Source of the DNA: Candidatus Poribacteria bacterium
GTDB lineage: Bacteria > Poribacteria > WGA-4E > WGA-3G
Direction of reading: 5' to 3'
Assembly: GCA_965205015.1 (NCBI GenBank)
Contig: OZ242029.1
Location: 2,784,001-2,848,000, forward strand
DNA: 64,000 nt
Made by a program: the position numbers and the translations under genes. Each line of letters starts with the position of its first letter. Within the stretch, counting starts at the first letter, position 1. This document shows positions 1 through 10,927 of this stretch, in pieces. The notes under the pieces are model-generated. The model had not been told where the DNA came from and made no database searches. It was given only the letters and a program-made list of their open reading frames with translations.

Positions 1-34
1 CAACGGCGATAGCACCGTAAATATTTTAGACCTT

Positions 35-844
35 GTGCAGGTTGTCCAACACTTGGACGAAACTGCTGTGACACGGATCCGCGCTGTCCCCGAAGGCATG
101 GTGCTCATCCCTGCGGGGTGGTTTCAGAGGGGGAGTGACACCGGGAAAGCCGACGAAACGCCGGTGCGTACTCTCTACGTAAATGCCTTTTACATGGACG
201 CCTACGCCGTCACCAATGCCGAGTATAAGAAGTTCATTGATGCCGTGCCGGAATGGCAGAAAGGCAGTATTTCGGAAAAATATCACGATGGGGCCTACTT
301 AGCACACTGGGAAGGCAATACCTATCGCACGGATCAAGCCGACCATCCTGTGTCTCATGTATCCTGGTATGCGGCGATGGCATACGCCAAGTGGGCAGGG
401 AAACGTTTACCGACGGAAGCGGAGTGGGAAAAAGCCGCCCGCGGGGGGCGCATCGGTCAGAAATATCCGTGGGGCGATGATGTGGATGTGACACGCGCCA
501 CAACTCAATTCTGGGAAAGTCCTCCGATCACGACCCGTGTGGGCAGCTACCCCCCTAACGCCTATGGCCTCTATGATATGGTCGGCAATGTCTGGGAGTG
601 GTGTTTGGATGCCTACGCTTCGGATTTTTATGCTAAGGCCCCCAGTCGAAATCCGCTGGCGGGTGCAGTCAGTAAAGAAACCCTCATATCGGGTGCCTTA
701 GAGGTCGAAACACCCCGCGTCTTGCGTGGGGGTGCCTGGACAGGCGATCCAAGGATACCGAGCGTTGCTGTGCGGGATGCCTCACAACCGCATCGGACAC
801 TGAGTCTCGCTGGGTTCCGTTGTGTTCGCAATGTCTCCCCCTAA
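35..844 (+). CDS. FGE-sulfatase (SUMF1/formylglycine-generating enzyme family) domain protein
   Basis: MVLIPAG, HPVSHVSWYAA, KRLPTEAEWEKAARGG, NAYGLYDMVGNVWEW, RGGAW and GFRC motifs. Confidence 0.9.
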   Translation: MQVVQHLDETAVTRIRAVPEGMVLIPAGWFQRGSDTGKADETPVRTLYVNAFYMDAYAVTNAEYKKFIDAVPEWQKGSISEKYHDGAYLAHWEGNTYRTDQADHPVSHVSWYAAMAYAKWAGKRLPTEAEWEKAARGGRIGQKYPWGDDVDVTRATTQFWESPPITTRVGSYPPNAYGLYDMVGNVWEWCLDAYASDFYAKAPSRNPLAGAVSKETLISGALEVETPRVLRGGAWTGDPRIPSVAVRDASQPHRTLSLAGFRCVRNVSP

Positions 845-1022
845 ACACTTCAGAGGCAGGGAAGCCCTATTTTTATCTTGTAAATCTTGGTTTAGACAAC
901 TGATAAATCCAACCGATGCCCTTGGACATCACAACTTGTATCACAGGAATTGCGAATGAATAACAAACGATCTCCCTAAATTCTAAGATCCACTATAATA
1001 TTAGTTAAAAAAGGAGTTTCTC

Positions 1023-1829
1023 ATGCAAACCCAATTTTCCAAACCTTTTCGCAACGTCATACTTTTTTCGCTGCTCACCTTTACCCTCTGTTTCGGTGTC
1101 ACAGCGATAAGCCACGGCAGTGCTATCGTCTCTGTGCAACCCGGGACGCTTCATGCCCCAGAAATCGGGGGACCCCTGACAGTCCGGGTGGCTATCACGG
1201 GGGGGGAGACCCTCGCCGGCTATCAGTTCAAGGTGGAATTTGACCCGAATGTGCTGCGATACGTCACAGCCACGAACGCTGATTACCTCCCCTCGGAGAC
1301 GTTTGCGATGCCGTTGCCTAAAGCCAACAGTGTTACGATGGTCGCCGCGGCACTCAAAGGCACGCCGGTGTCCACTGGCGATGGCACCCTCGCAACCCTC
1401 ACCTTTGAAGTGCTTGCGCTGGGTCCCTGTGGCGTTCACCTGACGGAGGTCATCCTCTCCGATGCCACTGCAACAGCGCTAGCTGTCAGATGGTCAGACA
1501 CACGTCTGGACAGCGCACTGGAGACGCTCCCCGCAACACAGACCTCCCTGTTCGACAACTATCCGAACCCATTCAACCCTGAGACCTGGATCCCGTATGA
1601 CCTGTCAACCCCTGCGGATGTCACGTTGACGATTTATGGTGCCAATGGTCGGTTAGTCCGGACGTTGAGGTTAGGCCATCAGCCCCCAGGGCAGTATCAC
1701 CGCAAAGGTCGCGCCGCCTACTGGGACGGTCGAAACGATTTCGGGGAACGCGTGGCGAGTGGTTTGTATTTCTATACCCTCACCGCCGGTGCGTTTAGTG
1801 CCACAGGCAAGATGCTGATTCTGAAATAG
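1023..1829 (+). CDS. Secreted cohesin-like domain protein with C-terminal FlgD-Ig/T9SS-type-A-like domain
   Basis: Signal peptide; YQFKVEFDPNVL...GDGTLATLTFEV (cohesin-like); NYPNPFNPETWIPY...WDGRND.GE.VASGLYFY C-terminus; AAGGAG RBS. Confidence 0.75.
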   Translation: MQTQFSKPFRNVILFSLLTFTLCFGVTAISHGSAIVSVQPGTLHAPEIGGPLTVRVAITGGETLAGYQFKVEFDPNVLRYVTATNADYLPSETFAMPLPKANSVTMVAAALKGTPVSTGDGTLATLTFEVLALGPCGVHLTEVILSDATATALAVRWSDTRLDSALETLPATQTSLFDNYPNPFNPETWIPYDLSTPADVTLTIYGANGRLVRTLRLGHQPPGQYHRKGRAAYWDGRNDFGERVASGLYFYTLTAGAFSATGKMLILK

Positions 1830-2051
1830 TATCATCTGACCATAGGAGTGCGGGGAGGAAACCGATGTTTATTGGAAACCTCCCGATGGGCGGGTGTCTA
1901 CATCCGCCCCATCCGACATGCATTCCAGACGGATATAAAATCTTTGGTTATCTCAATCCAGAAGAGATGGCAGTGGTGACGAGACTGTCCGTTTGGTGCG
2001 GTCGCCAGAAGAAATCGCGTCTTGCTGAAACTCCCAACGCATAGATAGGAC

Positions 2052-2129
2052 TTACGCGGTTTGCGAAGACCCCGATGGTTTTTCCTGCATCACGGGGATA
2101 ACATAACTCCGGATGGTCACACCGTCCAC
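2052..2129 (-). pseudogene. 3' remnant (25 codons plus stop) of a paralog of the 4125-4412 protein
   Basis: Translates to VDGVTIRSYVIPVMQEKPSGSSQTA*, nearly identical to VDGLTIRSYVIPVMQERPSVA at the end of 4125-4412. Confidence 0.75.
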
Positions 2130-2484
2130 TTCAGACGTATCGCCGCTTTCAGGGTTAACACAATTGACAACGCTGAATCTTAACGACAACATCATTTCTC
2201 ATATTTCACCGCTCGCCCGTTTGACGCATCTCAAAGCGTTATCTCTGAGAAACAACGGGTTCTCAGATGTTTCCCCCCTTACTGCATTAACCCAACTGAT
2301 ACGGTTAGATATTGGAAATGAAGTCTTCGTGTTCGTCAACTATAATCGCATTATGGATGTTTCCCCCCTCGCTGCGCTCACGCACTTGGAGGAGCTGAAT
2401 CTCTGGCATACGCCTCTAACCGCTGACGCTCTGAAACACATTTCCACAATGGAGGCAAATGGCACAGAAGTGCATCGGGATTGA
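2113..2484 (+). pseudogene. 5'-truncated leucine-rich repeat (internalin-like) gene
   Basis: LxxLxLxxNxIxDxSPL repeats start abruptly at ~2131, with no signal peptide, next to the opposite-strand remnant. Confidence 0.7.
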
Positions 2485-2704
2485 AACTTACCAAACAGGC
2501 ATCATTGTGCCCTCTCGGGACTGTTCCATTTTGTGCAGTGCCTGAACCGGTTTGCACATTTTTGGGCAGTTTACGGCGCAGCCCTCCTAAAAATCTATCT
2601 CTATCGGCATTTGGAAGAGTGGCACGCGAATTGCTCAGAGAACACCAATGGGTCTCGTGACATCTGAAATCTACACACACGCAACAAAAAAGGAGCGTCT
2701 TAGA

Positions 2705-3622
2705 ATGCGTTTAAGTTTGGTTTCCCCACTGATTGTATCTGTCCTTCTATTTGCGGGTACCGTTTCGGTTCAGGACGGTGCTGAGGCAGGAGAACTTCCA
2801 CGATTCGTACGCATCCCAGATATAAGGCTCTACAAAGCGATTTCTGGGGAACTCAGAGGGGTGCGAGTCTATGAAACACAGATGCGAGAACTGACAGCGT
2901 TGAACGCCGAAGATCTTGGCATTTCCGATCTCACTGGACTCGAACATGCTACCCATCTGAGGCAGTTAGATCTGAGCGGCAACCGTATCACCGATGTGTC
3001 CCTGCTCGCAGGTTTAACACACCTGCGTGTCCTGAATCTTGAAGGCAATGAGATCCGAGATCTCTCGTCCCTCTCAGGCCTGAAACATCTCACACACCTG
3101 AATCTTAAGGGGAATGCTATTGTGGATATTTCGCCGCTTGCGGACCTCCCCGCCCTGGCAGTCCTGAATCTTGAAGGCAACGAGATCCGAGATACATCGG
3201 AGCTTGCGGCCCTGGAAACCCGCGCACACCTGAACTTCAATACCCTCAGGGGCGCGCTTCGTGGAGAGATTGTCAATGTCCCGTACGAGGTTCCGATTGA
3301 TGGCGTTCGCGTTGTTCTTCAATCGGAAGATGGCAAAGAATACACGACGACAACGAACTATGGGGACTATACATTCACGGGCATCCCTGCGGGGAGATAC
3401 CTTCTAAGTATCTACAAAAAAGGGTACCGCGATCGGATCGGCAAACCTGTTACGATTGTGAAGGGTGGCGATTATTTCCTCCCCCTGAAGATGGTTGAAA
3501 TGGATAGTATCATGACGGATTTCAGACGCTTGCTATTCTATATCCTTCTCCTTTGTGGCATCACAGCACTCTTCACCTTCTTGCTCACGAAAAGATGGAT
3601 GGCAGAAAGGTTGCGAAGTTAA
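2705..3622 (+). CDS. LRR protein with carboxypeptidase-regulatory-like Ig domain and C-terminal TM helix
   Basis: AAGGAG RBS before ATG 2705; signal peptide; internalin-type LRRs; GDYTFTGIPAGRYLL; hydrophobic C-terminus. Confidence 0.8.
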   Translation: MRLSLVSPLIVSVLLFAGTVSVQDGAEAGELPRFVRIPDIRLYKAISGELRGVRVYETQMRELTALNAEDLGISDLTGLEHATHLRQLDLSGNRITDVSLLAGLTHLRVLNLEGNEIRDLSSLSGLKHLTHLNLKGNAIVDISPLADLPALAVLNLEGNEIRDTSELAALETRAHLNFNTLRGALRGEIVNVPYEVPIDGVRVVLQSEDGKEYTTTTNYGDYTFTGIPAGRYLLSIYKKGYRDRIGKPVTIVKGGDYFLPLKMVEMDSIMTDFRRLLFYILLLCGITALFTFLLTKRWMAERLRS

Positions 3623-3711
3623 CCTGTGCCGGATCCCTGGGACGTTATCAAAACTTCATTTTTCGGTATCTTCAACGTTTGAGAGTCCAATCCTAAAAAA
3701 GGAGCAGAACC

Positions 3712-3939
3712 ATGACGCGAAAAACACTTGCTGTCGGTAGACGCTACATCCCAGAGAACCCTTGGACTTATGCCGATTGTGGGGCGTTGTAGTGTTCCTT
3801 TGGGCTTTTGGAAATGGTGCGGGACCGTATCGAACAGGCACAGTTGCACTATGAGTCAGCGATTGCGGATCAGGAGCAAGCCGTGCACCACTCTCATCCC
3901 GAGTCTGCCATAATCTGTTCCATTTTGTGCAGTACCTGA
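3712..3939 (+). pseudogene. Degenerate TPR-like gene remnant
   Basis: AAGGAG plus ATG 3712; frame reads PENPWTYADCGAL*CSFGLLEMVRDRIEQAQLHYESAIAD (TAG at 3790), resembling the repeats of the 10928-12037 protein. Confidence 0.45.
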
Positions 3940-4124
3940 ATCAGCCAGCAAACCGCGGTGTCGCTCGTGGCATTGATCTGGCTGGCAGGTGTGGGTGTTC
4001 AGGTGGCAATAACTGTATTGGAGGCTTTGTAATCCCCAGTTTCCAGAAAAGGGAGAAGTCGCATATAAATGACTTGTCTTCAGCACATAGGTTGGATTGA
4101 AAGGGGCGATAAACGACGGCAAAC

Positions 4125-4412
4125 CTAAGCCACAGAAGGGCGTTCCTGCATCACAGGGATGACGTAACTCCGGATGGTCAGACCGTCCACCGTTTCGGTC
4201 TCCGCCCGTGGCTCAGGATGCTGGCGGTGATCGAAGACGATATAATACCCTTCTTGGACACCTTCCAATTTCAGATATGCTGCCAGTTGTGTCTTACCTG
4301 CCTGATAATATCGGTCGCCTTCCCATATCTTCGTCTCAACGATGTATTTTCGCTGGTTGTGGAGAATGAGGAGGTCCATTCTGCCGCGTCCCGTTTGGAC
4401 TTCAAGGAACAT
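4125..4412 (-). pseudogene. C-terminal PD-(D/E)XK/GxxExxY-like domain, probably a truncated AAA-ATPase-nuclease gene
   Basis: EVQTGRGRMDLLI...IVETKIW...QLAAYL motif; no N-terminal part and no RBS. Confidence 0.6.
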
Positions 4413-4709
4413 GTCCGCACCAATGCTGCGGTCTACCCACCGAGGCGATAGGGTTTTCAGGTGCCTTGCGAAGGCATGTCTCTATGTGTGAACCAAGTAT
4501 ATCATTTTTAATGTGAGAGGTCAAATCAATTCAGAGGACGTTTTTCGGAAAAAATCGCGAGCACAGCTCGCTCCTACAAGCGAAAAAATTCACATACATA
4601 AAGTAAATAGGTAAAATTGAATGGCCCTGGAGAAGCCTACGTGTAAACACAATTGACCGCGCCAACGTTTCAGTAACAATTATCAACAGAACCGAGTGAG
4701 GAACATCTC

Positions 4710-7700
4710 ATGAAACGACTGAACTTCTTAACGCTACTGAATTTCCTGTTAATGGTAGGTCTATTGGGCGGGCCCGCTTTTGCCGAAGAAACATCACAGC
4801 CCATACCCCCTATGCAAGACGCGGTTACACAGGGGGCATTACGCGTCAAAGTTGACGACGAAGTCGTCGAATGTCCGTTGAAACATACCGATGTAGAGGC
4901 GGACATCACTGGCTTCCTCGCCCGCGTCACCGTAACGCAAACCTTCTCTAACCCATACGACGAAAACATTGAGGCGGTGTATGTCTTTCCATTGCCGCAC
5001 ACTGCTGCGGTAGATGCGATGACGATGCACATCGGAGACGGCAAGATTGTTGGACTGATGAAACGGCGGGCGGAAGCACGCGCCGTCTATGAACAGGCAC
5101 TCCAACAGGGGCAGACGGCAAGCCTCCTGGAACAGGAACGCCCCAATATCTTTACGCAGTCGGTTGGGAACATCAAACCGCACCAAGAAATTCAGATTGA
5201 AATCTCCTACGTGGATGTCCTCAATTATGACCTGGGCATTTACGAATTCCATTTCCCAATGGTCGTCGGACCCCGCTATATTCCCGGTGCCCCGATCTCC
5301 GAGAAACCTCAGCTACCGAAGGAATTGAAGGGGAAGGTTGGCGAAGTGGAGGAACCCTTGATAGAGGAAACCACACTCGATCCTGACCCCTCAGGCACAG
5401 GCTGGTCACCGGATACAACCCGTGTTCCCGATGCTTCGCGGATCACCCCACCCGTTCTCAAACCCGGCTACCGCACAGGACACGACATCAGCCTCTCAGT
5501 CTCACTGGATGCAGGGGTGCCAGTGCAGGACATTGAGAGTGTGAATCACGCTGCGAAACTGGAACGGATTGATGCGTCACAGGCAACGGTAGAGATTTTA
5601 CCCACCGATTCGATACCAAACAAAGACTTCGTCATGAAATACGCCGTTGTTGGTGAGAAGCCGGAGATGGCGGTGTTCGCGCACGCCACGGGTCCAGAGC
5701 AACGCTATTTTATGCTCATGATTCAGCCGAAATTGGATGCGGAACTCCCCGAAACGCCACCGCGTGAACTGGTTTTTCTCGTGGACACCTCCGGTTCTAT
5801 GTCCGGTGAACCGATGGCGAAGGTGAAGGCGGCGATGCGCCACTTTTTCGCACTCAGCAAACCCGACGACACGTTCCAGGTGATTACCTTTGCAAATTGG
5901 GCAACCCAACTGTTTGAAAACTCGGTGCCGGCGACGGAAGCGAACATTGCGCGCGCCCTTGCCCTCACACAAGAGATACAGGGTGGTGGCGGCACGGAGA
6001 TGCTTGCGGGGGTCAAGACGGCTCTCAACGCACCCGTGGACCCGGATCGGGTTCGGATCGTCGTCATGCTTACCGACGGTTATATTGGCAATGAAGGGGA
6101 GATTATCGCCGAAGTCGGCAAACGTGCAGGCGACCAGATTCGTTTCTGGGTCATCGGCATCGGGTCTTCAGTGAACCGCTTTCTGATTGACGGGGTGGCG
6201 AAAGCGGGCGGTGGGATGAGCGGTGTGCTGGATTTGAACACCAACCCGAAGCCGCTTGTCACAGAGATTGTCGAGCGCATCCATCGGGCACAACTCGCGA
6301 ATATCCAGATGGATTGGAACGACCTCCCCATCTATGAAACCTATCCCCGGCGAATCCCTGAACTCTGGGCGGGTCGTCCGGTTGTCCTCTTTGGACGCTA
6401 CGCAGCAGGCGGCAGTACAGAGATAGAGATATCCGGCAGCGCAGAAGGTAAACCGCTCACGTATACGTTGGACGTGACACTTCCCGATGAGAAACCTACG
6501 CACGACGTTTTGGCGAAGGTGTGGGCGCGCAAGAAAATAGAAGACCTTTCCGCGCAGATGTACCATGAAGAGACACCCGAAGTGATAGAGGAAATCACCC
6601 GCATCGCCTTGGATTATCGGTTGATGAGTCAATATACGAGTTTCGTCGCCGTGGATGAAAGCGAAATACCACTCGCAGGTCAGCAGGCACACCCCCCGCG
6701 GCAGGTTATTGTCCCTGTCCCACTCCCAGAGGGGGTTAATTTTCATGGCATCTTTGGAAAGGACGTATTGGAAGAAGAACCCCAGTTTTTCTATGACCTC
6801 TTTGGTAAAGAACTGTTTAACCAGAACGGTGAATTCCTGGGTGGGACGGAAGCGCTTGTTGATGCCAGCGCAGCTCTTGCTCCGAGCAAACGTAAACACA
6901 CCCTCTTAACTGCAGGTAGTTTCCGCGGTAGATATACCGAGTTTGCTATAGGGGATTCCAAGCGATTCCTACCCACGTCTCCTCAGTTGAGAGCGGGTGG
7001 ACCGAAGCGAGAGTTCCCCTTGGCGTCCGGCTATGGCTATGGAAACGCAAATGCCCTGCCTTCTATAGATTCTGCCCGGCTTGTCGAGTTTCGCGCCCAA
7101 GCTTCAATCGTGAAGAATTTTGAATATGTGCCCCTACAAGATTTATCCGCTGATGGATTCCAGGAACAGCGCACGACTGCACGGGAAGCCCTGGTGGATG
7201 CACAGGCACTTCAGAAACAGGGACACCTTGCGGAAGCACGCCTTCGGTATCAACACGCCTTCGCACTCGCAGGGGAGGACACTCGCATAGAAATGACCGC
7301 GATGCAGGCAATTTGGACGTTGGGTGCTGAGATTGCGAAAAAACGGGCGGAAGTCTACCCGGGTCTCAGCCGAAAACTCGATGTGATCCTTCGGAATCAG
7401 CCACTTGCCGATGCCATTCACACTGTCGTCAACGCCGGGGGGTTCCAACTCGATGTGGTGCCGGGAAGTCTCAAGGATGTTGAGGTGCTGTTGAATGTGC
7501 AAGCACTCCGTGTGCCCTACCTCGACTTGCGGCACGCCACAGTGGTGCAAGGATTAGAATGGCTCCTCGCCCCCTATCATCTAACCTGGCACGTGAAGGC
7601 TCCGGATACCCTCACCGTCGGAACAGCGCGACGGCTGCCAGAGGCTTCCGTGTGGGGGTATGATGTCTTGGATCTCGCCATGCCCTTGGCTGACGAACTT

Positions 7701-8690
7701 GACGAAAATGCCCCACAGAAAAGTGTTGAAAACGCCCTTGCAGACTTCCTCACGGCTATTAGGATCGTTATCAACCAGAAAGAAGAAGGGATCCAGCCCG
7801 GTTCCGCGGTGTTACTGGATGCCAAACGCTTACTCGTCTATGGAGATCCGGAGATTCACCAAAAAGTGGAGCAGTTTCTCGAGGCACTGCGAGAGGGTGA
7901 AAGCGATGTGGCGAGTATTGCCCATCGTAGGGTGTCAGAGGCCGAAGGCGCAGCGTTGAAAGCGCTGCAAAAGTTGACAACAGTTCGATGGAAAACGGTA
8001 GCCGAGGCGCGTGAGAAACGCAGCGCATCGGAGGCACAGCAACGTATTGTTACTGATTTACGGACGATGTCTTGGCAGCTGCTCGCCGAAGCCTTGAATG
8101 GCACGGTTGACCTTGAGGCACTCACGAGACTTCAAATCGCTTGGCAGGCTCCTCAGATGACAGCCGTTATTGAAGATGCCTACCTGCTGCCCCTTGCGAT
8201 GCGTTCGGCATGGTGTATTCGCACCGCAGCGCGGTTAGTCTCTACTGATGGTGAACTGACAACGTTTTCCGAAAACATCCTCTCAAAGGTCAAGGGGATG
8301 CGAACCCTGAGGTCTCCGCGAGATCATTCCTTCGCTGCTTACCTCGGCACCCTGTATGCTGTTCTGTCCCTTGATGGAAATCCCCTTGATGTAAGGCGGG
8401 CACTGCTAAAAGAACAGACGAACGCCGATGTAAACACGGCACGTCTCATCGCTCAAAGTTTGCTTTCGCCTTCCCCAAAGAGCGATAAAGTTTTACAGGG
8501 AATGCTCTCTTCTCATCAGATTTCCGATGAGGATCTCATGTTGCTTGCCTGTTTGGCTGCCAAACGGCGCGGGGGTCACCTGTGGCAAACCTTCCGTGAG
8601 GAACTGCCCGATATGGTTCACGAGGGCCAGGTAAGCGGATTCGTTTTGGTGATTATCAGTCGTTTCCAGGCTTTGAATACAGAGATCTAA
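4710..8690 (+). CDS. Secreted VIT + vWA domain protein with long C-terminal extension
   Basis: VIT domain (ARVTVTQTFSNPY..IEAVYVFPLP); vWA MIDAS DTSGSMSG, GGGTE, LTDG; LMSQYTSFVAVDE. Confidence 0.9.
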   Translation: MKRLNFLTLLNFLLMVGLLGGPAFAEETSQPIPPMQDAVTQGALRVKVDDEVVECPLKHTDVEADITGFLARVTVTQTFSNPYDENIEAVYVFPLPHTAAVDAMTMHIGDGKIVGLMKRRAEARAVYEQALQQGQTASLLEQERPNIFTQSVGNIKPHQEIQIEISYVDVLNYDLGIYEFHFPMVVGPRYIPGAPISEKPQLPKELKGKVGEVEEPLIEETTLDPDPSGTGWSPDTTRVPDASRITPPVLKPGYRTGHDISLSVSLDAGVPVQDIESVNHAAKLERIDASQATVEILPTDSIPNKDFVMKYAVVGEKPEMAVFAHATGPEQRYFMLMIQPKLDAELPETPPRELVFLVDTSGSMSGEPMAKVKAAMRHFFALSKPDDTFQVITFANWATQLFENSVPATEANIARALALTQEIQGGGGTEMLAGVKTALNAPVDPDRVRIVVMLTDGYIGNEGEIIAEVGKRAGDQIRFWVIGIGSSVNRFLIDGVAKAGGGMSGVLDLNTNPKPLVTEIVERIHRAQLANIQMDWNDLPIYETYPRRIPELWAGRPVVLFGRYAAGGSTEIEISGSAEGKPLTYTLDVTLPDEKPTHDVLAKVWARKKIEDLSAQMYHEETPEVIEEITRIALDYRLMSQYTSFVAVDESEIPLAGQQAHPPRQVIVPVPLPEGVNFHGIFGKDVLEEEPQFFYDLFGKELFNQNGEFLGGTEALVDASAALAPSKRKHTLLTAGSFRGRYTEFAIGDSKRFLPTSPQLRAGGPKREFPLASGYGYGNANALPSIDSARLVEFRAQASIVKNFEYVPLQDLSADGFQEQRTTAREALVDAQALQKQGHLAEARLRYQHAFALAGEDTRIEMTAMQAIWTLGAEIAKKRAEVYPGLSRKLDVILRNQPLADAIHTVVNAGGFQLDVVPGSLKDVEVLLNVQALRVPYLDLRHATVVQGLEWLLAPYHLTWHVKAPDTLTVGTARRLPEASVWGYDVLDLAMPLADELDENAPQKSVENALADFLTAIRIVINQKEEGIQPGSAVLLDAKRLLVYGDPEIHQKVEQFLEALREGESDVASIAHRRVSEAEGAALKALQKLTTVRWKTVAEAREKRSASEAQQRIVTDLRTMSWQLLAEALNGTVDLEALTRLQIAWQAPQMTAVIEDAYLLPLAMRSAWCIRTAARLVSTDGELTTFSENILSKVKGMRTLRSPRDHSFAAYLGTLYAVLSLDGNPLDVRRALLKEQTNADVNTARLIAQSLLSPSPKSDKVLQGMLSSHQISDEDLMLLACLAAKRRGGHLWQTFREELPDMVHEGQVSGFVLVIISRFQALNTEI

Positions 8691-8719
8691 AGTGAAACTT
8701 ATGCGACCCTCACGTCGCC

Positions 8720-8748
8720 GCTGGCGGGGTTTCCTAACCCCGCCCAGC
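8720..8748. repeat. REP-like palindrome
   Basis: gctggcggggtt-tcct-aaccccgcccagc; a related copy lies at ~47068-47096. Confidence 0.6.
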
Positions 8749-8813
8749 AGTGCCGCGGGTTTACCTCCGTCCTGTGTGATATCAGACAAGGTTCACTTAA
8801 CCAACTTTCTGGG

Positions 8814-10871
8814 GTGAGTCAAATGTTGAAAACGTTTCTGTTTTTTTTATTTGTATCCGTGCTGTTCACACAAAACACTTTCGCGCAAGATGTTTCACGA
8901 TGGCACCTGCCTGAAGGTGCGAAAGCGCGACTCGGTAAAGGTTCGATAGAGGATTTCGCCTATTCCCCGGATGGGACACGCTTGGCGGTTGCGAGTAGCA
9001 TTGGCATCTATCTCTACGAGACCGCTACCTATCGCGAGGTCGCCTTGTTCACCGAACATACGGCTTGGCTTGACCTCATAAAGTTCAGTCCGGATGGCAA
9101 GACAATTGCCGGGGTGGACGGGACGGAGGAGACGATCGTCCATTTGTGGGATGCGAAAACGGGAAAACATAAACATACCCTCAAACATAAGGGGTCTGTC
9201 ACCAGCGTGGCATTCAGTCCGGATAGCACCACACTCGCTACTGGGAGCGCGGACACCGGTATCATTGAAGATTACCACACCCACACCCCCTATGCGACGA
9301 CACTCGCAGTGTGGGATGCCAAAACAGGGAAACGCACGCAGACCCTCAGTGGACATACGGATTTAGTGAACAGCGTGGCATTCAGTCCGGATGGCAAGAC
9401 AATCGTAAGTCGGAGCCGGGACCAGACTGTCCGTTTGTGGGATGCGAAAACGGGAGAACACAAACACACCCTCAAACATCCAAATAAAATCTACAGTGTG
9501 ATGTTCAGTCCGGATGGTAAAACCCTTGCCACTGTGGGGCATGACAAGACTGTCCGTCTGTGGAATGCCGAAACAGGGAAACACATGTATATGCTTGATG
9601 AACACATGGGTTCCTACACCAGGGCGGCGTTCAGTCCGGATGGCAAGACAATCGCAACTGGGAGCCCTAACGGAAGTATCCGCTTGTGGGATGCGAAAAC
9701 GGGAGAACACAAACGCTCCCTTGATCGACAGACGCATGCGCTTTGGGGCGTGGCGTTCAGTCCAGACGGCAAAACAATCGTCTGTTGGGGGGGTGGTCTT
9801 ACCGATATCGTCCCTCTGTGGGATGCGAAAACGGGAGAACACAAACACCCCCTCAAACATACACATGGGATCCACAGCGTGATGTTCAGTCCAGATGGCA
9901 GAACAATTACGACTGGGAGTTTTGATCAGAAGGTCCGTCTATGGGATGCCAAAACAGGCAAACACATGCATACCCTCACTGGACATACGGTTAGGATCCA
10001 CAGCGTGGCATTCAGTCCGGGTGGCAAGACAATCGCAAGTAGGATTGATGACGAGACCCTCGACTTATGGGATGCAAATACAGGGGTCCTCAAGCACACG
10101 CTCACGGGACATACGGATTCGGGTTACACCTCGGTTTACAGCATGGCGTTCAGTCCGGATAGCAAAACAATTGCTGCTGGGATTTTGGACAAGACCGTCC
10201 GCGTGTGGGATGCGAATACAGGAGTCCTCAAACACACGCTCACCGGACATACGAATTCGGTTAACGGCGTGATGTTCAGCCCAGATAGCAAAACAATTAC
10301 GACGCTGAGTTATGACATGACGCTCCGTTTGTGGGATGCGAATACAGGCGGACACAGACACACGCTCACTCTCGACGGAGATAAGTCTTGGATCCTAAGT
10401 GTAGCGTTCAGTCCAGATGGCAAAAGACTCGCCACGGGGAGTGAGGACGGGACCGTGCGCCTGTGGGGCGCGAATACAGGCGAACACACGCACACGCTCA
10501 CTGGACATACATCTTGGATCCTAAGTGTAGCGTTCAGTCCAGATAGTCGCACCCTCGCCACTGGGAGTGAGGACAAAACTGTCCGCCTGTGGGATGCCAA
10601 AACAGGCAAACACATGCAGACCGTCAGTGGACATACGGATTCGGTTTACAGTGTGGCATTCAGCCGAGATGGCAAAAGACTCGCCACCGGAAGTGAGGAC
10701 GACACCCTCCGCTTCTGGGATGCGAATACAGGAATCCTCAAACACACGCTCACCGGACATACATCTCGGATCAATAGCGTAGCGTTCAGTCCAGATGGCA
10801 ATACAATCGCCACTGGGAGCGATGACGGGACCGTCCTCCTATGGGATGTGCCGGTTACAAATAATAGATAA
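8814..10871 (+). CDS. Secreted WD40-repeat protein
   Basis: Signal peptide; ~14 GH...SVAFSPDG...VRLWD repeats. Confidence 0.95.
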   Translation: MSQMLKTFLFFLFVSVLFTQNTFAQDVSRWHLPEGAKARLGKGSIEDFAYSPDGTRLAVASSIGIYLYETATYREVALFTEHTAWLDLIKFSPDGKTIAGVDGTEETIVHLWDAKTGKHKHTLKHKGSVTSVAFSPDSTTLATGSADTGIIEDYHTHTPYATTLAVWDAKTGKRTQTLSGHTDLVNSVAFSPDGKTIVSRSRDQTVRLWDAKTGEHKHTLKHPNKIYSVMFSPDGKTLATVGHDKTVRLWNAETGKHMYMLDEHMGSYTRAAFSPDGKTIATGSPNGSIRLWDAKTGEHKRSLDRQTHALWGVAFSPDGKTIVCWGGGLTDIVPLWDAKTGEHKHPLKHTHGIHSVMFSPDGRTITTGSFDQKVRLWDAKTGKHMHTLTGHTVRIHSVAFSPGGKTIASRIDDETLDLWDANTGVLKHTLTGHTDSGYTSVYSMAFSPDSKTIAAGILDKTVRVWDANTGVLKHTLTGHTNSVNGVMFSPDSKTITTLSYDMTLRLWDANTGGHRHTLTLDGDKSWILSVAFSPDGKRLATGSEDGTVRLWGANTGEHTHTLTGHTSWILSVAFSPDSRTLATGSEDKTVRLWDAKTGKHMQTVSGHTDSVYSVAFSRDGKRLATGSEDDTLRFWDANTGILKHTLTGHTSRINSVAFSPDGNTIATGSDDGTVLLWDVPVTNNR

Positions 10872-10927
10872 CATAGCGGATGTGACGAAATCCTATGACA
10901 GATTGCTAAATTTTCTTCAACGCCTTA

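Noticed and set aside
8814-10871. Regular DNA repeats (gcgttcagtccggatgg, ctgtgggatgc) as a CRISPR array
   Set aside because: They are WD40 coding repeats in an open frame; there are no cas genes or unique spacers.
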